Assembly: GCF_031769215.1 (NCBI RefSeq)
Contig: NW_026782333.1
Location: 744,001-808,000, forward strand
DNA length: 64,000 nucleotides
Source of the DNA: Ylistrum balloti
Lineage: Eukaryota
Reading direction: 5' to 3'
The position numbers were made by a program, and so were the translations under genes. A model generated the notes under the pieces. That model was given only the letters and a program-made list of their open reading frames with translations, searched no databases and was not told the DNA's origin. Position 1 is the first letter of the stretch; each line of letters opens with the position of its first letter. Positions 27,801-38,400 of this stretch are shown here, in pieces.

Positions 27801-30800
27801 AGAAACGCCCAACATCCACCCTTTTGTGAATTTCTTATATCCGGCCCATAAAGTCGGCTGTGTGAGTAAACACTCATTTGCATATATAGTAAAATGTTTC
27901 GCTCAAAATCCAATGCAACTAATAAAACCAACCTGTCGAAAGGTATTCCTGGTTAAATAACAAATTAAGCAGCAATATTTTCACGATAAAAATGAAATAT
28001 GGTGCGATATTGAAGCCATTTTGTTCATTTACAACTACATTAATTTCTACGGGATATCATGGGTTATGTCCCCTTATCGCTAGTCGAGTCGTGGACATGT
28101 GAGCCCACAGGTAGAATGGGATCAGTCATGGATGAGTGATTTTATCAGACTTAGACTCGGAGACTCGTGCAATCACAGATATATAGGTATCTGTTGTAGC
28201 GAACATAGAGGTTACATACTCTGTAGTCCGTGCTATATCCATGCCCAAAATCACAAACAAAACTAGACACTTTCAATGATTATTATAAAAAACAGTGTTG
28301 CATAAAAAGATCACATTTTATCATATGAGTGCACATGGTCAGTTATTTCGAACGACGTGCTGGTAAGATCGAAACCGTCTTGAAATTGAATATTTTTTTT
28401 CAAAAATTAAAATTTTCTGATAAAACAGGTCATCATGAGATAACTAATTTCACTTTAATGAAAACGATGTAACATTACTATGATGGATCTGGCACTGAGC
28501 ACTACAACGAGTTGTTTAGAAAAATACAACGTGATCTCCCGTCAAAAAAAAAATCCCTATAGGAACATTCAATCCAAAAACTTTGCAGCTGAGAACATGG
28601 ATCTTACCACTGTGGTACCGTTACGTTATTCATTGTAGGCATATTTATTGTAGAGTTTGAAATGTTTAGATTTCTTTGGAAAAATGGAACTTGAACCCTG
28701 TGTGCTTCTTAAACTTATTATTTATGCTAATAGAATTTACACTGGAAATTTAACACAAAGAACAATCGTCCAGTGTCTTCCGATCACCTTTGGAGTTCAA
28801 AGTTTTAACCCCTAAAGGGCGAAACTGTTGCAAGGTACAGTTTATTTGGCTCTACTGTATCTAACTACCCTATATAAGAAGATAGTGACGGTTGAAGGCT
28901 TCCTTTCGGGAGGAGAGAAACGCCCACCATCCACCCTTTTGTGAATTTCTTATATCCGGCCCATAAAGTCGGCTGTGTGAGTAAACACTCATTTGCATAT
29001 ATAGTAAAATGTTTCGCTCAAAATCCAATGCAACTAATAAAACCAACCTGTCGAAAGTTATTCCTTGTTAAATAACAAATTAAGCAGCAATATTTTCACG
29101 ATAAAAATGAAATATGGTGCGATATTGAAGCCATTTTGTTCATTTACAACTACTTTAATTTCTACGGGATATCATGGGTTATGTCCCCTTATCGCTAGTC
29201 GAGTCGTGGACATGTGAGCGCACAGGTAGAATGGGATCAGTCATGGATGAGTGATTTTATCAGACTTAGTCTCGGAGACTCGTGCAATCATGGATATATA
29301 GGTATCTGTTGTAGCCAACATAGATGTTACACACTTTGTAGTCCGTGCTACATCCATGCTCAAATTCACAAACAAAAATACCCACTTTCAATGATTATTA
29401 TAAAAGCAGAGTGTTGCATAAAAAGATCACATTTTATTTTATGAGTGCACATGGTTAGTTATTTCGAACGACGTGCTAGTAAAATCGAAACCGTCTTGAA
29501 ATTGTATCTCACGAGAAGCGCCAAATCACTATTTTCAAACTAGGTGCCACTGCGGAAAATTGTGGCTTTCTAAAGTTAGACATGCAAAGGTTGATGACAA
29601 ATTCAGATTTCACATATGTTATCAAAGCAGGAGTCTTCTTTCACTCGTCGTAACTCCTCTCTGAAGGTTGTAAAGCCATTGTATTCCTTAGTAAAAGCAT
29701 TAGAAAAAACAATTGTTCCATTGTTCCTTGAACGTGAACATTCTACAAGAGTGTTCTCAGAAGCATTTCTTGGCCGGCGGATTACTGTCATACTTGACGG
29801 TACATATATCTTTGTTCTTAAGAGTTCTGATCACAAGCTTCTGAGAATCTCCTACTGTGATCAGCAGAAGCTTAACTATTTGAAGTTCATGAGCATAGTC
29901 CTGCCTGATGGTTACATTCTAGACACAGTGCGACCTTTACCTGGAAGCGATAATGATGCGAAGATTATTAAAGTCATCATGGATAGTCTCTCGTAGTTAA
30001 AGAAAGATGACAATATTGTTGATGATCAAGGGTCTAGGGATGTCTTTCCAGATTTGGAATCATGTGGTTTGACAACAAATATGCCGTTTTATTTAAAACC
30101 TAGGCAGACTCAACATGATGAACAAAAAGCTAACCTTGGTAGATCAATAGCATATTTCACATGGATAGTGCCAAGTCATATCACGGACGATGCAATGACT
30201 GGTTTTTAAAACACAACTTGCCTGCAACTAGTTCATTGATGTCATCGAGGCACTCGTTAGAATAGTGGCAGCCTGTATCAAGGGCATATGAGGATTCATA
30301 TATTTTAGAACACAGGAACGAGACACAAAGGATATGGCATTTGTCAAACTAGGTGCCACTGCGGAAAATTGTGGCTTTCCAAAGTTAGACATAGAAAGGT
30401 TTATGACAAATTCAGATTTCGCTACCAACAGCCATCTTCAAGACGTAAGATATGGTCGGCATGGACAATTAGAACTACACTACTGTATGATGTAGACCAA
30501 CATTGACATAGTCAACCATAATAAGAAGCCTTATTGGATTCAAGATTAAGCGGCATCATTTAACATTCTTTTTGTAGATATCAGGGAACTTAGAAGCCTT
30601 TTGGTGAGAGTCCCTTTTTACTAATTAACCCAATGTAAACATTTGATTTCTGTTTAATCTACAAAACAATCCAAAACAGATTTCACCCTTTTGCTCGGTT
30701 TTCCTTAAAAAGTACATATCAAATATTGTAAATCAATTTAAATTACATTGCACAAAACTCTTAATGACTTTTTTGGGCGATTTATCTTATAGTGTTTGAA

Positions 30801-32130
30801 GATGTATTTTAGTTCATAATTGAATAAATTATATAATGGAATAAATTAGAAAGTTGTGTTTTAGACCTTCAGAAAATTTCGCTTAATATAAAAAAAATAT
30901 TCAAAACTTATGACTTCTTGTTTTGCATATATTATATCTAACATGTTATTATCATCATGTTCATGTTTAGTTTTCTTTGAAAAATGAAGAAGTCATAGTG
31001 TTGTATTTTCCAAACGAAACATACATTTTTTCTTTCATTTTGGCACAAAAATGGTGCTATATTCTTGATTATGTACGCGTTTGGGCTCAAATGCCTATTT
31101 GTAAACTTGTGAATACACAGGCTATCGATAGCAGTACAAGCTCTTGTGTTCGCATCCAAGGACAGGTTGAAACCCCATCGTTTGCACCTTTATTTTTGAC
31201 TGCAACCGGAACACATTCAATAGTAATTTATCACAATATGTAACTGATCAAATACCGTCATTCTTTGGCTCTTGGTAATTAACAAAAAAGTAATTTTACG
31301 ATTTTAACAAAATCGACCTATGCGACCTTGAAGGAAGATCAAGGTCATTCATATTTACAAACTTGACAGTAAATGACAAGAGTTTCCTACATATAAAAAA
31401 TCAAGGCTCTAGGCCGTGTCGTACTCCAACAGAAGTTTGTCAAAGTTTGTTACCCAAAATAACACTTCATTTTTGACCCATACCGAAACCCGGAATTTTC
31501 AGACAAGAGTTTGTTAATACGTTCAATAGAAATCAATCAATCAGGTTATACTACTGACAGAATTTCATCGTTGCTTGCCTCTTGGTTATCGAGAAAATGC
31601 AATGTTAAATCTTAACAAAGTTGACCCCTTGTCAAGGTCATTTATATTAACAACCTCGATAGCAATGACAAGAGATTCCTCTTAGTATTATAATTTTGAG
31701 CTCACATTCCATAGTTCAAGATGGTAGGCGATAGATATGAAAATTTATATGTTACTATAAACAGGTAAAATTTCTATCCCATGTTATTTCTACGGAACTA
31801 CAGAATATTCTAAGAATGACATCATTCATCTAGCAGCATAATCACGGTGATGCTCCAGATAAGACCTCTCTCTGGTAACTGTACCTACCTGATACCTAAA
31901 ACAATAGATAGATAAATGATGTGACAAGTACTTACCTTACCGAACACATTTCTCTGTCCACCGCCTATAAGTATATTGTGTCCAACACCCTCCCACAATC
32001 CAGAAGATCCCTTACACGGATTAGGCACCTTGTGTCCATTTGGAATACTATCTCGATATGATGGGAATGTAACACATGTGCCAACAAATAAAAAAATTCC
32101 TAAAATAATTATTTTCATTTTTAGTGGCAT
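18859..32130 (-). CDS. Temptin-like secreted protein, paralog B (136 aa)
   Basis: Exons 31936-32130 (MPLKMKIIILGIFLFVGTCVT-FPSYRDSIPNGHKVPNPC...WEGVGH...GGGQRNVFGK, donor GTAAGT), 19649-19799 (DFAAAKMKWTAELCRKDSDSDGRTNGQELGDPNCTW...GHP) and 18859-18923 (GVCEPMDLEACKSVNTAIVCL*); phases 0 and 1 are consistent. It has the IPNG/PNPC/GVGH/DSDxDG/ELGDPxCxW/HPG hallmarks of temptin. I found no other exon 2 between 19800 and 31935, so the 12,136-nt intron 1 is inferred. An alternative start is ATG 32118. Confidence 0.85.
22105..22173 (-). mobile_element. tRNA-like sequence (SINE head or tRNA pseudogene)
   Basis: The minus strand reads GGTTTCTTTGGCTCAGTTGGTAGAGCCAGCCGATTTTCACGCCAGAGACCCGGATACAATTCGA: a good A-box (TGGCTCAGTTGG) but a degenerate B-box and no intact acceptor stem. 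Confidence 0.5.
23023..23730. repeat. 34/35-bp minisatellite, ~20 copies, in temptin-B intron 1
   Basis: Units gggctgactaaaacagtggggacaatgtcacaca (34 bp) and gggctgactaaaacagtgggggcacttgtcacacc (35 bp). Confidence 0.95.
25150..26330 (+). mobile_element. Decayed non-LTR retrotransposon (I/Jockey-group-like) RT fragment
   Basis: Frameshifted translation gives KPGKD...YRP, QSGFRNNRST, AVFLGLEKAY, GISGYILRFISRFLKDKKIQV, NGVPQG...LFNI, which are LINE RT motifs with stops and frameshifts. Confidence 0.85.
27451..29507. repeat. Direct tandem duplication of a ~930-bp block (27451-28390 and 28581-29507)
   Basis: Colinear copies. The first ~240 bp are visibly diverged with indels; the last ~700 bp (from cccctaaagggcgaaac to cgaaaccgtcttgaaattg) are nearly identical. 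Confidence 0.92.
29590..30430 (+). mobile_element. Decayed ISL2EU/Harbinger-superfamily (DDE_Tnp_4-type) transposase fragment
   Basis: ORF 29616-29996 and its read-through give ILDGTYIFVLKSSDH...YLKFMSIVLPDGYILDT...GSDNDAKI...*..DD.IVDDQGSRDVFPDLESCGL..NMPFYLK..Q.QH...AN..R, which is the ISL2EU-like DDE core. It has an in-frame stop and deletions. Confidence 0.85.
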
Positions 32131-32328
32131 TGTTCTAAGAATGAATTTAATAGACGATTGCAACTGTAAATATGCAAGGTATGTACATGTAAGTTATCTA
32201 TGATCGAAAACGTGTCTTGTCTTACAAGTTCTTATCTATAAAATGTGAAAGATAAGATAACCTCATTTCAAGTGACTGGCTGACACAGTTATCATAGAAA
32301 CACCAGATGAAGTTTCACATTGGGAAAT

Positions 32329-32387
32329 GGGCGGGGCGGGGCGGGGCGGGGCGGGGCGGGGCGGGGCGGGGCGGGGCGGGGCGGGGC
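32329..32387 (+). repeat. Perfect (GGGGC)n microsatellite, 12 units
   Basis: GGGC followed by 11 x GGGGC in an otherwise AT-rich region, ~200 bp upstream of the temptin-B ATG. Confidence 0.98.
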
Positions 32388-34160
32388 TAGTTTTTAGGGA
32401 GTTAAAACGTATCACATGAAATGGACACATTTGCTACTATTCTATTCCCAATGATTTTTGTAATAAATTTATTATTTTATAAAAACGGAAATTAGAACGT
32501 ACACTGTCCTAAGGTTCTTGATTGCAATATAGTTCATTTTATCTAATAAATACAATGGATCGGGTTTTTCCTCTGATATCAACCCCTCTACCGAATATGA
32601 TATACAACACTTAAACTTTTACACATGATTACATAAATCCTTATATAAGACAAATAAGTTTTATGAGAGAATACACATGGCAGAAATGGCTTGCAAAGAA
32701 ATAAAGAAATGTATACAGAGGGAGGACGGGGAGGTCTACTTCATGTTCACTTTTGAAGAATGATACCGAAACTTTGAATAGTTTAGTAAATAATGCTGTA
32801 GATTGGGCGACACGGTGAATCTTCTACGACACATCCGTCACCAGTTAACATTCTTCTATGCCATTCCTTCGACTTTTTACAGTCCATAATTATTTGCTTG
32901 GGATGCTTTCTTCCTGTGTCAATTTTTAAATTTCAGATATTTCCGTGTAAACTGCTCAATGATATATTAATACATGTAACATTATGTTGAAGAGACATCT
33001 TTGATTAATAGGGAAGTTGAGGGGTTGAGGTGGGGGTGGTGTTGGGGTGGGGGTGGGGCTGCTGGTAAGGAGGGAGTGATAAAAGGAGAGGAGTTGAGCA
33101 GAGAGAGGTATAGAAATCAAAATCTATTTTTATCCCGAATGCATTGATGAGTTTGGAGACATATTCTTTCATTTTCCTCCGAGTGACAAATCAAGACTTT
33201 TTTGCAAATAAGTTGTAGGTCTAGTGGGATAAATTCATTTAATTCCGAATATGATTTTACGTACGTATTACAGTTAAAGAAGAAAAATGGTAATTTTGTT
33301 CAATGTGATGTCCACATTGACAAGGATTAAAATCAAATTCGCATGAATTACGTCCTCATTTAAAGTATTTGGTCTACTTCTTAATCTGGCTGTGAAATAT
33401 TAGTTTTCCAGTCACCATTAAAATGATAAAAGGAAATATTTACGTCATTTACCTTACGAAGGAAGTTTTTAAAAGGTGAGAATGACGTAATCTGTCGTAT
33501 ATTAAGGTTTAGGTTTTTTATACCGAAGTCGAATAGTAGACGGGAATAGAACCATCAGTAAGTCGAAGTCTGATATTGAGTAGACAGTATTAATGAGCAT
33601 TTCGGAGGTTATACTGGGAATTTTGTGAAACTAAATGTGATAATAAAGGTGAAAGATAATTTGGTGTGAGATCGGTATGACTTTTGTAAAAGAGCTCCAC
33701 TTTTCTCCTTTTCCGTCTGTTTACCAGTGATTTATGCCTACATTCTGAATGTAATGATTCCCTACTGGTATAGCAGGGTACTACAGTACAACACGAATAG
33801 ACTTTAGCTGAAGTTTATCTAAATTGTCTGTTTCAGCGAGAGTACATCCGTACTAAACCTCACAGTAATATTCCAATAACGGTAGAATATATTATCTTTA
33901 ACAGCTGTCTAGTGTTTGTCTATTCAGCACTACAATGTCCTTCAGTTGTCGTAAATCACTTACCTGTTCAGACACATGTTTAAAAATAGTTTCAATATGC
34001 CTACTCCGTTTACAGTTTCCATTTAATGTTCCTCCTAGGTGCTTATGGTTTTCTACAAATGCAACATCAACATGATTGAAACGAAATCCCTAATACATGG
34101 ACAATCTCAAAATTGGAAAGATGTAACGCCTCGGTCATAGTAGGATTATATTTAACTAAA

Positions 34161-34600
34161 CACTTACTTGTCCAATGTCTAATTTATCTACATCATTATT
34201 AATCGTTGAATAAAATTTAACTAACCACTTACTTCTCCAATGTCCAATTTTATCTACATAATTATTTATCGCTGGATTAAATTTAACTAACCACTTACTT
34301 CTCCAATGTCCAATTTTATCTACATAATTATTTATCGCTGGATTAAATTTAACTAACCACTTACTTCTCCAATGTCCAATTTTATCTACATAATTATTTA
34401 TCGCTGGATTAAATTTAACTAACCACTTACTTCTCCAATGTCCAATTTTATCTACATAATTATTTATCGCTGGATTAAATTTAACTAACCACTTACTTCT
34501 CCAATGTCCAATTTTATCTACATAATTATTTATCGCTGGATTAAATTTAACTAACCACTTACTTGTCCAGGATTCAATCTTATCTAGATCATTATTTAGT
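34161..34600 (-). repeat. 66-bp minisatellite derived from a CR1/L2-type LINE RT segment
   Basis: Five identical 66-bp units (34226-34555) plus one degenerate unit. The minus-strand parent reads ILNNDLDKIESWTSKWLVKFNP, the post-YADD RT motif L..DL..I..W...W.V.FNP. Confidence 0.85.
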
Positions 34601-35444
34601 ATCAATGATTTCAGGAGATATACTGAGTGAAGTAAGGGACACTCATTTGCAATCAATTAACATAAACGTTCAAAATTATCAACAATACCATTTATGCATA
34701 GTAAGAGAGGGCCTGATACAGGTACTCGTGTTTCTGTACAATGCGTCCGAATTTCCAAAAGCCCTACTGACCCCTGAATGACCTTTTGTAGCAATATAAA
34801 TACATTGTATAACAAGAATATTTTTTGCTCTGACATACATTTTAGTTTTCACAGTTACATCTGGAGTGATATTATGTGACTGTTGAATTTATCATCTTGT
34901 CCAAATTTACAGCAGTTCTCCCAGGTTGTTGGCATTTGACGTAAGTAGCACAAACATTAATGACATTGCCTTTTTTAGGGTGATCACTAAGCGAACAACA
35001 ATTTTGAAAAAACGCCAACGATACAAACGCTCGCCTCCAATTGTTTATCACTAATTCTCAAACTAGCACTAGGGGATGGCCTATCCCACAGAAAGTTTCA
35101 CAAATTGGAACCTGTATCCCGATATATTGATATGTTAACAGGAAATAAGGTCTTTCAACAGTGACTTCTTCTTAAAAACCATGTGAACTTAGAGGTCGCG
35201 ACTCTGTACGTACATGTACAAAAGTAAATATGGTCGAATAGTCCCGCAATAAATACACCTGGTAGAACTGTCGTTAACATTACGTCACATGTCCATACCG
35301 AAAATCGTTCTCGGTTGCCTGACTGATGACTATTGTGACAGAAAAGCATCCTTATAGCTTAAGCATTCCTGACGAAAACGTATTTTAGAGTGAATAAAAA
35401 AAGAAAGAAAAAAATAACAAAAAAACATCAATACTTAAAAATAA

Positions 35445-35450
35445 TTTATT
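35445..35450 (-). promoter_or_regulatory. Candidate polyadenylation signal of temptin-like A
   Basis: AATAAA on the minus strand 12 nt after the TAA stop at 35463. Confidence 0.5.
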
Positions 35451-35462
35451 GAATTGTAATTG

Positions 35463-38400
35463 TTAGATGCACTGTATATTCAAATTAACGGCCATGCAAG
35501 TTTTGGTGGTCATTGGTTCGCAGACACCTGAAAAAGAACGTGAAAACATGTAACCAAAATTACAAACAAATGAAACAATACGTCAACAGGTGTTTTGAAT
35601 GTTATTTTTATCTTTATTATTTTCCTTAAAAAATTCTGAAAGGATTTCTCACGTTCTTTTCGAAGAATATGTTTTTCTTGACTTCTTTCCGCCATCGAAA
35701 TATTGTAATAAATAATATTCACCGGAAAAAATATCTATCTATCTATTTATCTATTGTTGTTCTTAAGATATTGTGCTTGTGCGATGCGACTTTCGGTATG
35801 TGTGATGCCGTGACTTTACTTAAATTTGACCTACAATCATCGCGAGTGTAAATAGGATCTATATATATATATGTGGAAACCTGCGAATATAGACAGAGCC
35901 CAGTTATTATTTCTCCGATGTATGTCAAAGGTCAAGATAAAGGTCAGAGTGCCCTACATTTGATACATCTAGGTTTTTGGCGAACTGCAAATATAGCGTA
36001 CATGGTCACACTACTTAAGTTATGGTGACTAATATGGGAGTGGTGACTTTTCTGGAATAAAAGCGTGCGTGAGTTGCATTTTACCTATGGAAAGTCAGCA
36101 ATGGAACTGTTGTTGACAAACAGCTCGTACCCGGCAAAAACGAGAATATACTTGAAACGAGAATATACTTGAGAAATGTATCAGAAAACTTGTTATTGAC
36201 AGGTGAAGCTTACCTGGGGAAACGCTGCTACTAAGCAGTGAATTATCTTACCTGACTTAGAGACTGTTGTAAAACAGTCAATTATCTTACCTGACTTAGA
36301 GACTGTTGTAAAGCAGTCAATTATCTTACCTGACTGAGAGACTGTTGTAAAACAGTGAATTATCTTACCTGACTTAGAGACTGTTGTAAAACAGTCAATT
36401 ATCTTACCTGACTTAGAGATTGTTGTAAAACAGTCAATTATCTTACCTGACTTAAAGACTGTTGTAAAACAGTCAATTATCTTACCTGACTTAGAGATTG
36501 TTGTAAAACAGTCAATTATCTTACCTGACTTAGAGATTGTTGTAAAACAGTCAATTATCTTACCTGACTTAGAGACTGTTGTAAAACAGTCAATTATCTT
36601 ACCTGACTTAGAGACTGTTGTAAAGCAATGAATTATCTAACCTGACTTAGAGACTGTTGTAAAACAGTCAATTATCTTACCTGCTGGGTGAGAGACATTT
36701 ACAAGCAGTGAATAAGTTTACCTGGGTGAGAGACTGGTTTGTTTGCTGGTGTTCCACCTTGAACCCATTTACAGTCAGGGTCTCCGAGTTCAAAACCGTT
36801 AGTTTTACCATCAATGTCGGAATCAGCCATACACAAGTCACGGGTCCAGGTCATCTTTGCCGTCAGGAAAGCCTTTAAAACACCACCACAACTTCAATCA
36901 AATCATAATTCCCGGCAGGACAATACATATTATTTCTCCGGATCTTCCCAAAGCCACGTCTGAGCATTTTTAAATGTAATGTAGAGACGAAATGATTGAA
37001 AAATAATTATTATTAATAATCGTTTTAAACTCGTATTAGGTAAGGAAACATCAAAGAAGATAATTCAAGCACAAATTCGATGACACTAGCGCACAATATG
37101 AGCAAAAGACCAATGAAATGAGAATAGATGATCACGTGTACAGGAAGGTTAAGCGACGACCATTGTCGTGCAAACCCTGATAAATCCAAATCATCTTATA
37201 CTTTCTGACGGCTACAGTGTTTGTCTTAAGAAAAAGGACAAATTCACTTCATTAACTATTTAGATATAGGAACAGCAATGGGGATTAAGATAGTGCCAAC
37301 GTACGCTACAATGACACTTGGCTATTTAGAAATAATACTATGCAATAAAAATAAAGAACTTTAAAGCGAAGATTATGTAATATTTAAAGCAGAAAACTGT
37401 AAACGATTTTTAACTGACCGTGTTATTGTTTGGAGATAAGCAAGTGAACGTTTACTAGAATATAATAATTTATTTAATCTACACCCTTGATCCGGATATA
37501 AAATTGATGATGGAAGTCAACGATAATCAAATCCAATTTTAGACATACTAATGAAAAAGCAAAACGATGAAGTTTCGACCGATATCTAACACAAACCAAT
37601 GAACACTCATCCATATTTACAGTTTGAAACTTGCTTTTCGGGACACACGAAATGTGTAATCCCGTACTTCTTGGCAGAAAGAATTGTTACCACTATGAGA
37701 AACAGGTCAGAGAGGAACGTCTCGATGCACTCAAGACGTTTTTTACAACATTAATCCCATGTAATAATAGAAGATGGGATAAAAAGAACAGAAGAAATAA
37801 ACAGGACAAAAGAAAATAAAAAAAATAAGAATTCACTAATTATTCCATTAGTATCAACACTCAATCCAAGACAAAAAAAACTCAATTCAAACAGTTTAAA
37901 TGAGATACTGAAACACGATTAACAGGTAAAATTGTGTTTGTCGAGGCCAAATTTATCGATAGCAAAAGACAACCAAAAGGTTTGACACGGATCTTGTGCA
38001 AATCAAAGTATCCAGAACAACAGGAATTCTAAGTGGTAAAGTGTAAAAATCTTCGGTGTGGTACATCCGAATATATGATGGAAGGGAAATACTATAATTT
38101 TGGAACAAAGGGTTGCAAAGAATTTTACATTGAGGAAACTAGTAACAATTATTATCGTCAGGTTAAGTTAAGCGAACATTTAGAAACATGTGTGGAAAAC
38201 CTTTCAAATCTTTTGATTTTATAAAGTTTTGTCAGACAGTCAAACTACAAGGGAAGAGAAAGAAAAATACCTCATGAAAGCTATTCATCCTAAACCAGAT
38301 ATTCTGACCTAAAATTATCTGAGCGTAAACTTTATCATCTCCCGTGCCACTACTGAACTGTTAATCTTGACGTCACATTTCGTTTCTATGTAAAACACCT

